From Hydrurus foetidus (taxonomy: Eukaryota), in NCBI GenBank assembly GCA_900617105.1, contig UYFQ01000010.1, positions 124,001 to 188,000 of the forward strand: a stretch of 64,000 bases of DNA, in the 5' to 3' direction. Each line of letters starts with the position of its first letter. Positions within the stretch are counted from its first letter, which is position 1. The translations under genes and the position numbers were made by a program. This document shows, piece by piece, positions 30,329-39,955 of this stretch. Below the pieces are notes generated by a model. It saw only the letters and a list, made by a program, of their open reading frames with translations. It made no database searches and was not told the origin of the DNA.

Positions 30329-32539
30329 TTAGAACTTGATGTTCATGGTGGCCTGGACGTTGCGGCCAGGGCCGGGAACATAGAAAGCGGTGTACAGCGC
30401 GTCGGCATACAGCTTGTCCAGTGCGTTGGTCACGTTGACCTTGAGCACGTAGCGTTCGCTGAATTTGTATTCGCCCATCAAGTCCAGCGTCGCAAAGCCA
30501 GGGGCCATAAAACCAGGATTGCGGTTGGGCGCTTGTTCGCTGCGGAAGTTGATGCCCGCGCCGGCGCGGAATTCAGGGGTGAACTGGTAGGTGCTCCACA
30601 CGGTACCGCTGTGGAATGGCGTCAACGCGGCACGTTCTCCTTCGCGGTCGCCTGCACCGGCGGTAGGTGCAGCAACGTCAATCTGTGCGTCAGGCATCCA
30701 CATGTAGGAGCCGTAGACCTCCCACTTGGGGGTCAGCATGCCGGAGACATCCAGCTCAAGGCCTGTGGTGTGGCGTTTGCCGGATAGCAGGAAGGCCGTA
30801 GCTGCCGAATCAGGATCGGTGTTGCGCTCGTTGAACTTGGTGGATTGGAAGATGGCAAAGCGCGTGGTGTAGCGCTTGTCGGCCGAGTCCAGCTTGGCAC
30901 CAATTTCAACGTTGCGGCTTTGTTCTGGCGGCGTGTTGGCGCTATTGGCGCTGTAAGAATAGGTGTCTGCCGACGTGTTGAACGATGTGCCCCAAGAGAA
31001 GTGGAATGAGCTCAACTCGTTGGGCTGGTACAGCACACCTACGCGCTGGCTCCAGTCGCCAATGGTCTGCTCGTATTTGTTCGTCATTCGACCGGCTGTG
31101 TTGTAGGTCGCGTAGTTGCCCCGCATGCGGTCAAAACGCAGTCCACCCAAGACTTTCCAGTACTCCGCAACTTGCACCAGATCCATGCCGTACATGCCCA
31201 AGTTGTCGGCCTGGAATGCACTCGATCTTGTGACGGTACGTGCACCTTCATCGATCCACGCCCCGTCATTGGGATTACCCACCAAGGTGGACGGGCGCGC
31301 AGGGCCACCGGATGCGGCGAATACATCCTTGTTTTCTTGCCCTAAATCTACGCCGGCGAACAGTTCATGTTTGAAACCCAAAGCTGCAAACTTTTTGGTG
31401 TAGTCCGTTTGTGCGTACACGCTATCCAAATTCTGGATTTTGTTTTGCGCCCCGCGCGTCAGCACACTGGCATTCGAAAAAGTGTTCAGTGCGGTTGCGC
31501 CATTGGTCAGCGTTGCGCGCTGATCACGGGTGTAGAGGCCACGGCGGACCGAGGTTTTCAATTGACTGTCGTCTTCGAACCTGTGCGTATGGCTTGCAGT
31601 TAGATAGTCTGCCGAGCCTTTGTTGTAGTCACTGGCCATGCCGTAATAGGTGTTGGGCGAGATGGCTTCATTGATAGTGCTGCTGGAGGCTGCCGCCGCG
31701 GCAGTTGGCTTGATCCAGCGGATACCGTAGTTGATGCCGTTGTCGTTTCGCAGTGAGTACAGACCCAAGGAAAACTCGTCTGAAGTGCCGATTCCAAAAC
31801 GGTAATTGGCAGCAAGGCCCTTCTTGTCGATCTTGGTGCCCGCGCCATTGCTATCCGCTTTGGTGGCCATGGCATTGATGCGCAGGCCTTGGTCTTCACC
31901 CGTCTTGATATTGAAATCACCGGTAACGCGACGGTAGTTGTAGCTACCTAGCGTGGTGCTGACTTCATTGTCATTAATGGCGCGTGCCTGCTTGCTGGAC
32001 TGGTTGACTGCACCACCGGTAGAGCCCCGGCCGAACAGCATGGACGCGGAACCGCGCAGGACTTCGATGCGGTCGCTGTTGAAGGTGTCGCGCTCATAGA
32101 AAGCTGGGTCACGCATGCCGTCTACAAAGATGTCCCCCGTGGTTGCCAGGGAGAAGCCGCGCAAACGGATGTCCTCCTCGCCACCTTCAGCGGCTTGAAA
32201 AGTCACGCCTGCGGTGTTGTGCAGCACGTCTTTCAGTGTGTCCAGATTGCGGTCATCGATCAGCTTTTCGGTGACGACGGTGATGGACTGGGGAATGTCG
32301 CGCAGATCCTGCTTGCCCTTACCAATGCTCGTAGTCGTGGCGCGCACAGAGTCTTTGCCCTGGGCTTCTTCTGCTTTTTCGACGATGGTGACGGGCTTGA
32401 GGGTTTTAACCTCGGCATCGTTAGCTTGTTGGGCCATTGCGCTCATGGAGCCGGCCAAGAGCATGGCGCCCAGAGGCAGCAGGGGTACAGAATTCGCGGG
32501 ATTAGGGCGTTGGGGGGTGGTAGGAGCAAGTTGTGGCAT
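30329..32539 (-). CDS. TonB-dependent siderophore receptor (Fiu/PiuA-like)
   Basis: Signal peptide, DIPQSITVV plug, RIEVLRGSAS, terminal Phe; followed by piuC. Confidence 0.9.
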   Translation of the reverse strand: MPQLAPTTPQRPNPANSVPLLPLGAMLLAGSMSAMAQQANDAEVKTLKPVTIVEKAEEAQGKDSVRATTTSIGKGKQDLRDIPQSITVVTEKLIDDRNLDTLKDVLHNTAGVTFQAAEGGEEDIRLRGFSLATTGDIFVDGMRDPAFYERDTFNSDRIEVLRGSASMLFGRGSTGGAVNQSSKQARAINDNEVSTTLGSYNYRRVTGDFNIKTGEDQGLRINAMATKADSNGAGTKIDKKGLAANYRFGIGTSDEFSLGLYSLRNDNGINYGIRWIKPTAAAAASSSTINEAISPNTYYGMASDYNKGSADYLTASHTHRFEDDSQLKTSVRRGLYTRDQRATLTNGATALNTFSNASVLTRGAQNKIQNLDSVYAQTDYTKKFAALGFKHELFAGVDLGQENKDVFAASGGPARPSTLVGNPNDGAWIDEGARTVTRSSAFQADNLGMYGMDLVQVAEYWKVLGGLRFDRMRGNYATYNTAGRMTNKYEQTIGDWSQRVGVLYQPNELSSFHFSWGTSFNTSADTYSYSANSANTPPEQSRNVEIGAKLDSADKRYTTRFAIFQSTKFNERNTDPDSAATAFLLSGKRHTTGLELDVSGMLTPKWEVYGSYMWMPDAQIDVAAPTAGAGDREGERAALTPFHSGTVWSTYQFTPEFRAGAGINFRSEQAPNRNPGFMAPGFATLDLMGEYKFSERYVLKVNVTNALDKLYADALYTAFYVPGPGRNVQATMNIKF

Positions 32540-32675
32540 AGCGCTAAGTCGTCTGGGTGGAGGGCTGGCTGGCTATGTCAGAACTGCCCAAACGGACCGC
32601 CTGATGTGGCTTGCTATAAAACTAACGGGATCTAAACAAGAAGCGTTCTTGTTTGTGGTCAAAAAAAGCAACCGA

Positions 32676-32891
32676 TTACCGATGCATGGACAGCGCGATG
32701 GGCATCCAGGTTTGTGTCGTCAAGTTGCCTCGGGCGTGGCACTTGTCGATGACTTCGCGGGCGCAGTCTTCGCACCGCCCGCACTGGGAGGCAACCCCCA
32801 GTTCAAACTGGATGTCATCGAACCCTTTGCCCTCGCTTGCGTGCAGAGCAATCTCTTTTTCGGTCACGCGGCGGCAAACACAAACAATCAT
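32676..32891 (-). CDS. bfd: Bacterioferritin-associated ferredoxin
   Basis: MIVCVC...CGRC [2Fe-2S] pattern. Confidence 0.92.
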   Translation of the reverse strand: MIVCVCRRVTEKEIALHASEGKGFDDIQFELGVASQCGRCEDCAREVIDKCHARGNLTTQTWMPIALSMHR

Positions 32892-32931
32892 GGTCGTTCA
32901 CTCAGTTGCTGAATTTTGATGTTCATATTCT

Positions 32932-32952
32932 AAATGAGAATCCATCGCATTT
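32932..32952. promoter_or_regulatory. Putative Fur box upstream of bfd
   Basis: AAATGAGAATCCATCGCATTT. Confidence 0.7.
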
Positions 32953-33074
32953 GTATTCAGTGCGAAGAATATGTCACTTTTTCCTCCATATATGTGAAAT
33001 CGCGCACGGCGCAATGGGGCTGTTTGTTGAAGGGCTGGGGGATACTGCGGGCAGTCGTTGTAAATGGAGTCACC

Positions 33075-33896
33075 ATGAAACCGCCCGCTAAAAGGGGGAC
33101 GTGGGGCGGAGCCGGGCGTTGGCTATGGGCCACGCTGGCTGGATCGTTCCTGCTGATAGCCGCGTTCGCGGCACACGCTGATGTGCCGTCCACGCTGGTG
33201 CTGGGCACGTCGCGCCCCGATAACACCTATGCGGGCCGCCTGCTACGCCGCACTTACCAAGAGCTCTTCAGCCGCCTGGGCATTCCGTTGGAGATTCGCA
33301 CCACCCCCGCCGCACGCCTGAGTCTGGAGCTGGCGTCAGATCGCATTGATGGCGACGTGGCGCGGCCGCTGGCGTTTGCCGAAAGCCAACCCGGCTTGGT
33401 CCGCATCGATGAGCCGATTCTTTCCATCGGCTTTGCGCTGTGGGCCGTTAACCCCAAATACACGCTGCAGCGGCTGGACCAGCTAGCGGACTCAGGTTGG
33501 TCGGTGAACTTCACGCGCGGAGTGGTGGAGTGCGAACGGCTATTGCAAAGCCTGCTGCCCGCCAGCCGCATTGTGGACGTGACGACCACCATCAACGCCC
33601 TGAACCTGTTGCACCACGGGCGTAACGACCTGCATTGCGGCATTGATGTGGCGGTCTGGTCCGACGCTGGCAGCCCGGAGTTGGTCGGCATGCCGCCGCC
33701 GATCAAGGTACTCGGCATTGGTGACCCTCTTCCGCTGTATTTTTACCTGCAACGCAAGCACGCCGCTTTGCTGCCGCAGATAGAAACCACGCTGAGAAAA
33801 ATGAAGGCGGAGGGGTTGCTGGAGCAGTACCGCAAAGAGGCGATGGTGGAGTTCAAGCTGCTGCCAGCTCCCAAGCCAGCGGCGGCAGGCCGTTAA
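33075..33896 (+). CDS. Periplasmic substrate-binding protein (family 3-like)
   Basis: GGAG RBS, signal peptide, RIDGDVAR, YFYLQRKH...LRKMKAEG. Confidence 0.75.
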   Translation: MKPPAKRGTWGGAGRWLWATLAGSFLLIAAFAAHADVPSTLVLGTSRPDNTYAGRLLRRTYQELFSRLGIPLEIRTTPAARLSLELASDRIDGDVARPLAFAESQPGLVRIDEPILSIGFALWAVNPKYTLQRLDQLADSGWSVNFTRGVVECERLLQSLLPASRIVDVTTTINALNLLHHGRNDLHCGIDVAVWSDAGSPELVGMPPPIKVLGIGDPLPLYFYLQRKHAALLPQIETTLRKMKAEGLLEQYRKEAMVEFKLLPAPKPAAAGR

Positions 33897-33911
33897 GAAT
33901 GAAATAGGGCT

Positions 33912-33956
33912 CTAGCCCTTGTTTTCATTGCGCGAGCAGCTACGAAAACGATAGCA
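33912..33956 (+). repeat. Dispersed 45-bp motif, copy 5 (overlaps the DUF1513 stop)
   Basis: CTAGCCCTTGTTTTCATTGCGCGAGCAGCTACGAAAACGATAGCA. Confidence 0.9.
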
Positions 33957-35064
33957 ATGTGGCGTGGTTGTCCCACGGTATGGCCACAGCGTAGCGCTGC
34001 GGCTGTGGTGCGCCGTCCCGGTACTGCAGTGCGGCAGCATCGCCCCCCACCATCCAGCCCGTACCACCCGCGGCCAGTGCACCGGCTCCCGGTAGCACCT
34101 GGCATTGCAGGTTGTGGCCCTGGTGCGTCCACGACGTCAACCAGCCCGCATGCGGGGCGCTGATCCAAAAGCGGTCGGCGGTGCAGCAGACGTCGCCCGC
34201 ATAGCCATCCCACGACGGAGGTGCACCGGCCGCCGCATCCCAGGGGACGGCACGCAGTTGCTCACCCTCCAGCAGCGCCAGGGCGGGGACCTGGGTGCGC
34301 AGTACGGGGTCGGCGTGCTCCGCCTGCAAGGCAATCGCTACAGTGCCATTGGGGGCGATGGCCAGATGGCGCAGGCTGAGAAAGGAATCTGTGAGCCGGT
34401 ACTGCGCCAGCACCGCGCCCGTGGCTGCATCGAGCCGCGTGAGGTTGGACTCCATGCGGCCCACATTGCGCTTGCGCCGCCCGGTCTCGGGCAGGTTCAG
34501 AATGCCGCCGTTGGCGACCAGCAGGGTGCCAGCAGGCTCCAGCAGCAAGGCGTGGGGGCCAATGCCGCCGCTAGGAAACTCGCGCAGCTTTTCCAAGCTT
34601 TGCAGATCACGCTCGGCAATGAGGCCCTGGCCGCTTTCGCCATCGGTCTCGGTGGTGAAAAACGTCTTGCCGCTGGCAGACAGCGCGGCGTGGCCGCCCA
34701 GGTAGCGGTCGTCTTCCATGGTGTGCCACTGCAGGGCCCTGCCGCGCTGCACATCCATGCGCATCAGGTATTCGCCAGGACGGCGCGCCAGCACCAGGGC
34801 CTGCTGTGCGGGGCCACGGCTGGCGGGCACTAGCAGCAACTGGTGAGCCCGCGCGGGCAGGGCGATGCCGCGTGGCGTCTGGCTGGGCGTCCACACCCCG
34901 CACCAGGATTGCTCGCCGCGCATCCAGGCGGTGAGCACACGGGGCTGGGCGAGGTTGGGAGCAGGGGCAGCCTGGCTGTCCCAAGCGCTGGCGCCCAGGC
35001 CCAACAGGGCCGCCTGGGCCAGCAGGCTGCGACGCGTGGGATGGCGCAAGGCTTCAGTCACCAT
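33940..35064 (-). CDS. DUF1513 family protein (Tat-type signal)
   Basis: TRRSLL, ARRPG, GGHA, GIGPH, ANGGI, SLRHLA, WDNH. Confidence 0.85.
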   Translation of the reverse strand: MVTEALRHPTRRSLLAQAALLGLGASAWDSQAAPAPNLAQPRVLTAWMRGEQSWCGVWTPSQTPRGIALPARAHQLLLVPASRGPAQQALVLARRPGEYLMRMDVQRGRALQWHTMEDDRYLGGHAALSASGKTFFTTETDGESGQGLIAERDLQSLEKLREFPSGGIGPHALLLEPAGTLLVANGGILNLPETGRRKRNVGRMESNLTRLDAATGAVLAQYRLTDSFLSLRHLAIAPNGTVAIALQAEHADPVLRTQVPALALLEGEQLRAVPWDAAAGAPPSWDGYAGDVCCTADRFWISAPHAGWLTSWTHQGHNLQCQVLPGAGALAAGGTGWMVGGDAAALQYRDGAPQPQRYAVAIPWDNHATLLSFS

Positions 35065-36130
35065 CGGCGTCGGTAAAGCCCATGCTGATGTGCAGCACGG
35101 TGTCGGCCAGGCTGCCGAGGAACTGTGAGAGCTGGGCCAGCGCGTGTTGCGCCGTGCGCAGTGACGCGGCGTTGTCGGGCCGCGCATGCGCACCGCTGCG
35201 CAGGGCCGCCAGGGTGAGGCGTTGCAGCTGGCGGCTGGGTTGGGGCGTGTCGTTGCCCAGCAGCAGGCCTTGCAAGCTGCCGGCCACCGGCCAGTCGGGC
35301 CGTGCGGCCTGTGCGGCAGCTGACCCGACCAGAAAGGCTTGTACGCCCTGGAGCTGGGCCTGCCAGGCGGCAGTGGTTTGCCCGCTGACGCCGCGCACCC
35401 AGAGTGAGACTTCCTTGCCACGCGTATCGGGCACCATCTTCTTGATGCGCAGCTGGTCCAGCCCGCCCACGGCCTGGCCATACCACTCGCCATAGAGTGC
35501 GGCGGCCTCGTCTTCGCTGCGTGCCGCCGCGGCAATGGCGCGGTAGCCGTCCAGCAAGACGGTGCATTCGTTCAGGATGTGCTGCGCCAATAGCTGGGCG
35601 TAATGTTGGCTGGATGGGTTGGCGGGCAGGCGCCAGAACATCCACTCCAGCGCTGGCAAGCCCCGGGCTGCGCTGCCCACCGATTCGATCTGCTCCGGCG
35701 TCAGGGGGCTGGCTGCGTTGGCATCCAGCTGGCGCTGAATTTGCGCGGGTCGCGTGGGCCAAAAATCGATAGACCGTGCGGCGCGGCGCTCCAGCAACGG
35801 CCCGACGGCCACGGCAGCCAAGCGCTCCCAGTGCAACATGGTTTGCACCCACAGAGGTTGCTGGGCTTGCCAGTGCGTGGCGGGTTGGGCCAGCGACTGG
35901 TAAAGGGCCGTCGCGCTTTGCTGCAGGGCTTCGGCCACCGGAATGTAGTGGCCCTGCAAGAGCGCCAGCACGCGCTGGCGTGCGGACAGGAAGGGACCGG
36001 TGGAGGCGGAGGTACCAGCGAAGCTGTCAAACGAGACTGGATTTGCTACGTTTTTAGGAGCTGCTCGCGCAATATCCATAAGGGCTAGCGTGCCAAAAGG
36101 CATGCAAGCGAGAAGCGTGCGTCGTTTCAC
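35054..36130 (-). CDS. Imelysin-like protein
   Basis: IDFWP, RGLPALEW, GFTDADGD C-terminus. Confidence 0.85.
   Translation of the reverse strand: MKRRTLLACMPFGTLALMDIARAAPKNVANPVSFDSFAGTSASTGPFLSARQRVLALLQGHYIPVAEALQQSATALYQSLAQPATHWQAQQPLWVQTMLHWERLAAVAVGPLLERRAARSIDFWPTRPAQIQRQLDANAASPLTPEQIESVGSAARGLPALEWMFWRLPANPSSQHYAQLLAQHILNECTVLLDGYRAIAAAARSEDEAAALYGEWYGQAVGGLDQLRIKKMVPDTRGKEVSLWVRGVSGQTTAAWQAQLQGVQAFLVGSAAAQAARPDWPVAGSLQGLLLGNDTPQPSRQLQRLTLAALRSGAHARPDNAASLRTAQHALAQLSQFLGSLADTVLHISMGFTDADGD
36044..36088 (-). repeat. Dispersed 45-bp motif, copy 6 (in the imelysin signal peptide)
   Basis: Reverse complement: CTAGCCCTTATGGATATTGCGCGAGCAGCTCCTAAAAACGTAGCA. Confidence 0.9.
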
Positions 36131-37563
36131 AGGGACTCCACAAAGGCGACCAGCGCCTGCCGATCGCGGGCGTTGAGCTGCAGCACATGGTGCTTGGCTG
36201 TCTGCGCTTCACCGCCGTGCCAGAGGATGGCTTCCAGCACGCCGTTGGCCCGGCCGTCGTGCAACAGTCTGCGGTGGCCGTTCACGTCATGCACCAGGCC
36301 CACGCCCCACAGCGGCGGTGTTTTCCATTGCCGGCCATTGGCCGCAAAGTCGGGGCGGCCGTCGGCCAGGTCCGGGCCCATGTCGTGCAGCAGCAGGTCG
36401 GTGTAGGGCCAGATCTGCAGGCCTTCTACTTTGGGGCTGGACAGGCGAGGGAAGGGCGGCTCACCGGTGGTGTAAGTGGGCCGGTGGCAGGCACTGCACT
36501 GGGCCTGCGCAAACAAAGCCTGGCCGCGCAGCACATGCACATCGTTCACATTGCGCCGCGCGGCGGGGGCTAGCGTGGACTCGTAAAAGATCACGTCGGA
36601 CAGCGTGCGATCGTCGATCTCGGGGGCTTTGCCCAAGGCGCCACGCGGTGCGGCCAGGCAGTCTTTCTGCGTGGGGGTGCAGGCCTCATCCGGGTGCTGG
36701 GTGGAGGTGATGCCCATGTCGCCCAGGAAGGCGCCCGCCGTCTGGCTGGCGATGCTGGCCTGGTTGGCCTTCCAGCCAAAGCGGCCTACGCGCAGGGTCT
36801 GGGCAAAGTCATCCCATACGCGGTTGGGCTGGCCTTTGACCGGGCCAGGCGCGATGGCTTGGGCTGCGGCATTGGCCAGAATGTCTTGCTCGGCAATCGC
36901 CTCCAACAGTCCCACACCCGCCATTTGCGGCGCAATGCGCGGGCTGAGCATGACACCTGGCGCCAGCGGACCATAGGCCAGATTCGTCAGGCTGTAGAGC
37001 GGTTTGCGCAGGGTGTATGCCGTGCCGTCGGCAAACTTGCCTTGCAGGTTTTGGTAGCGAATGCGCACCTGGCCTTCGGGCTGCACGCCTTGGATGGCCG
37101 CGTTGTTGAGCTGGTCTCCATAGACCGGGTCGGGAACGACGCCGCCGTGTTCGCCCACGCCGGGAATGGACAGGCGTATCAGCAACGCCACGGGTGGCTC
37201 GCTCAGTCCTTTGCGGAAATCTGGCGGGGCACCGCGGCCGTCCTGCACATGGCAGCCACCGCAGGAGCGGGCGATGAAGTGCGGGCCCAAGCCATCGCGC
37301 GCGGCGGTGGAGGCGGGAGCTTCCACCCAGTTGCGGCGGAAGAAGGAATTGCCGACTTCAAACCGGGCATTTTCACTGTCGTTCAGCGTCGCCAGCGGCA
37401 TGGAAAAGGCATTGCGCCCGGTGGCAAAGGCGGTGGCTGCGCCGGCAGTGAGTTCGCCCTGCACCATCTCGGTCAGGTCCGCGTTGCCGTGACTCCACAG
37501 GGGCCACAGCAGCGTGGCTGCCGTGCTGGCTGCCGTCAGTGCAAAACCGATTTTTTGGCGCAT
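36127..37563 (-). CDS. Di-heme oxidoreductase family protein (DHOR)
   Basis: Two CxxCH motifs (CGGCH, CSACH), GRFGWKA, LLHDMG, LHDGRA. Confidence 0.9.
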   Translation of the reverse strand: MRQKIGFALTAASTAATLLWPLWSHGNADLTEMVQGELTAGAATAFATGRNAFSMPLATLNDSENARFEVGNSFFRRNWVEAPASTAARDGLGPHFIARSCGGCHVQDGRGAPPDFRKGLSEPPVALLIRLSIPGVGEHGGVVPDPVYGDQLNNAAIQGVQPEGQVRIRYQNLQGKFADGTAYTLRKPLYSLTNLAYGPLAPGVMLSPRIAPQMAGVGLLEAIAEQDILANAAAQAIAPGPVKGQPNRVWDDFAQTLRVGRFGWKANQASIASQTAGAFLGDMGITSTQHPDEACTPTQKDCLAAPRGALGKAPEIDDRTLSDVIFYESTLAPAARRNVNDVHVLRGQALFAQAQCSACHRPTYTTGEPPFPRLSSPKVEGLQIWPYTDLLLHDMGPDLADGRPDFAANGRQWKTPPLWGVGLVHDVNGHRRLLHDGRANGVLEAILWHGGEAQTAKHHVLQLNARDRQALVAFVESL

Positions 37564-38720
37564 TATTTGGCTTGGGCTAGCTTGGTAATGCCCAGGGCCG
37601 CTGCTGCATCTGTGATGTCTTTGGACTGCTGCACCAGGCTGTCGATGGTCTTTCGCACGCGGATACGGCCCGGTTCATCATCGCCCCCCCCAATTTCCCG
37701 GTCAAACGGCGCCTGAATGGCGCTGGCGTTCGTCACGCTTTGGGCAATTTGCAGACTCACCTTGTCGGCCAGTGCCGTGTTTTTGGTTGCGACCAGGTCT
37801 TTGAGCGACGCGCCTTGTACGGTGCTGCCATCGGCGCGTTTGTAGCTGCCCAGCCAGACGTTGGCTATGCCTTGGGCGTTATTGACAATATCGCGGTGGG
37901 TATTGTCGGAAAAACAAGAGTGCTCATCTTCCTGGTCCTGGGTGCTCATGGCCACTTCCATGCGCTGTCCGGCCAGCTCACCGCGCGACAGCGTGCCCAT
38001 GCCCACCATCATTTTGCGCACGGATTCAATGCCCCCTTGCTCAAACTTGGCGCGGTAGTTTTTGGCAGATGGTTGCCAGGCCTTGACAAGGTAGCCCAGG
38101 TCGTCGATCAGCAGTTCGGTGACGGTGGTGAGGTAGGCACGGCGGCGGTCCGCATTGGGGGCCTTGCCGTTCACATAGTCTTCAAACGAGCGGTCACCGG
38201 GGCCGGTTTCGCTCAGGTCTTGGCCCCACAGGAGGAATTCGACGGCGTGCCAGCCAGCCGCAATGTTTTCTTCGCCGCCGCGCTCGTTCAGCTTGGCCAG
38301 TGTGGCCTTGTTGATCTTGACCTTGGGGTTGTTGACGATGCCCGATGCGGGCTTGCCCACCACGCGGTCAATGTAGGACTCGTCCAGCGGCCACGAGTTC
38401 AGGCGTCCTTCTGGGCCTTTTTCATCGTCGATGGGGCCGCTGTAGAAACGGAATGCCTCGGTCTGGCCATAAAACTCGCGCGCGGCCAGCCAGGCCTTGC
38501 GGGCATCGGCCAAGCCTTGTTCGGAAGGGGCGGCAGTGAAGGCGTGGATGGCCTTTTGCAGGGCTTGGGCACTGGTCAGTACGTCACTGTAGTTGGCGTA
38601 CACCAGGGTCGCGTATTGCTGCACCACGGCTTTGGGCTCGGTGGTCTGGGCGTGGGCGGATACGCCCAACAACATGGCTGCGCTGAGCAGGCTGGCCTGG
38701 ATGAACTGACGCTTGTGCAT
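37563..38720 (-). CDS. Imelysin / iron-regulated protein A-like
   Basis: LNSWPLDE, GWHAVEFLLWGQD, EDEHSCFSDNT. Confidence 0.9.
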   Translation of the reverse strand: MHKRQFIQASLLSAAMLLGVSAHAQTTEPKAVVQQYATLVYANYSDVLTSAQALQKAIHAFTAAPSEQGLADARKAWLAAREFYGQTEAFRFYSGPIDDEKGPEGRLNSWPLDESYIDRVVGKPASGIVNNPKVKINKATLAKLNERGGEENIAAGWHAVEFLLWGQDLSETGPGDRSFEDYVNGKAPNADRRRAYLTTVTELLIDDLGYLVKAWQPSAKNYRAKFEQGGIESVRKMMVGMGTLSRGELAGQRMEVAMSTQDQEDEHSCFSDNTHRDIVNNAQGIANVWLGSYKRADGSTVQGASLKDLVATKNTALADKVSLQIAQSVTNASAIQAPFDREIGGGDDEPGRIRVRKTIDSLVQQSKDITDAAAALGITKLAQAK

Positions 38721-38760
38721 GAAAGCCTTTCAATAATTCAAAGTGATCTTGGGCCACATA

Positions 38761-38783
38761 ATAATGCAAATCGTTCTCATTTG
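38761..38783. promoter_or_regulatory. Putative Fur box upstream of the imelysin operon
   Basis: ATAATGCAAATCGTTCTCATTTG. Confidence 0.75.
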
Positions 38784-38789
38784 TTATGC

Positions 38790-38813
38790 AAAAAAAGCCA
38801 GCGAATGCTGGCT
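38790..38813 (-). terminator. Terminator after bfr
   Basis: Reverse complement: AGCCAGC-ATTC-GCTGGCTTTTTTT. Confidence 0.8.
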
Positions 38814-38837
38814 ATGCGTTGAAAGAGCGGGAACCGC

Positions 38838-39314
38838 TTACGACAGCTCGCCCATCTGGCTTTGCAGGTAGTTGGGCAAGCCCACTTTGCCGATCAGATC
38901 AATCTGGGTTTCCAGAAAGTCGATGTGCTCTTCCGTGTCGTCCAAGATCTTCTGCAGCAGGTCGCGTGACACATAGTCGCGCACCGATTCGCAGTGGGCG
39001 ATGCCGTCCTTGATGGTGGCTTGTGCACCCACTTCAGCTTTCAGGTCGCAGGCCAGGCATTCGGGCACGTCTTCACCCACCAGAATTTTGGCCATGTCTT
39101 GCACGTTGGGCAGACCATCCAGCGTAAAGATGCGGTCCATAAGCCGGTCGGCGTGCTTCATTTCGCCAATGGATTCGGCGTATTCCTTCTTGGCCAGCTT
39201 GTCCAGACCCCAATGCTTGTACATGCGGTAGTGCAGGAAGTACTGGTTGATGGCGGTGAGTTCGTTCTTCAGTTGGGCCTGCAAATGGCCAATGACTTGT
39301 GCGTCGCCTTTCAT
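38838..39314 (-). CDS. bfr: Bacterioferritin
   Basis: MKGD, ELTAINQYFLH, EMKHAD, EEHIDFLETQ. Confidence 0.96.
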   Translation of the reverse strand: MKGDAQVIGHLQAQLKNELTAINQYFLHYRMYKHWGLDKLAKKEYAESIGEMKHADRLMDRIFTLDGLPNVQDMAKILVGEDVPECLACDLKAEVGAQATIKDGIAHCESVRDYVSRDLLQKILDDTEEHIDFLETQIDLIGKVGLPNYLQSQMGELS

Positions 39315-39420
39315 GGGGAACTCCTTTGAATCAAACCGCCATTATGGCCAGCGCAGCGGGCTGTCCAGGCGATTTGCGCTTTCACACTACACAAATACTG
39401 CAAGATCTAAATGATTTTGC

Positions 39421-39441
39421 AAATGAGAATGATTCGCATAT
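39421..39441. promoter_or_regulatory. Putative Fur box between bfr and the divergent operon
   Basis: AAATGAGAATGATTCGCATAT. Confidence 0.75.
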
Positions 39442-39497
39442 ACTGAAATTGATGCGAAGTCCATCGCAGGCCCACCAAAGGACCCCCAGGAGACGCC

Positions 39498-39815
39498 ATG
39501 CAAACCACCACTGTCACACCCCATACGAACGAGGAATACACCATGCCCTGTGCCGAAGCCTTGTTGGCTGGAACGCTGGCGCTGATGACCGGCCATGTGC
39601 AGGCCTGCTGCGGTGCGCACCGTGAAGCCATGGCGGGAAAGATCGTTTCGAATCTGACGGTACTGACAGAAGATCCCATGCTGTCACCGGGTTTCAAAAC
39701 CCTGTTGTGGGCGCTGCGCAGTCGTTGGGTCGATCAGGGGCAAGGCAGCGCGGTTGCGCAGTTGCCCAGCGCAGAACGGGGCCTGTGGCACAACAGCCCG
39801 GAGGCCGTGCAATGA
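39498..39815 (+). CDS. Hypothetical protein, probably iron-regulated
   Basis: AGGAG RBS; EALLAGTLALMTG..C motif; lies behind a Fur box. Confidence 0.7.
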   Translation: MQTTTVTPHTNEEYTMPCAEALLAGTLALMTGHVQACCGAHREAMAGKIVSNLTVLTEDPMLSPGFKTLLWALRSRWVDQGQGSAVAQLPSAERGLWHNSPEAVQ

Positions 39816-39955
39816 GCACCGCGACTGCCCAGGAGCACACCCAGCTGAGTTTGCGCCCTCGCAGCAAGCCCTCCAGCCCCGTGCTGGCCTGGCGCACGCC
39901 CCTTGCGGTGCAATTCGAAACGATCAATGCACACGACTCTACTTTGGTATAAAAA

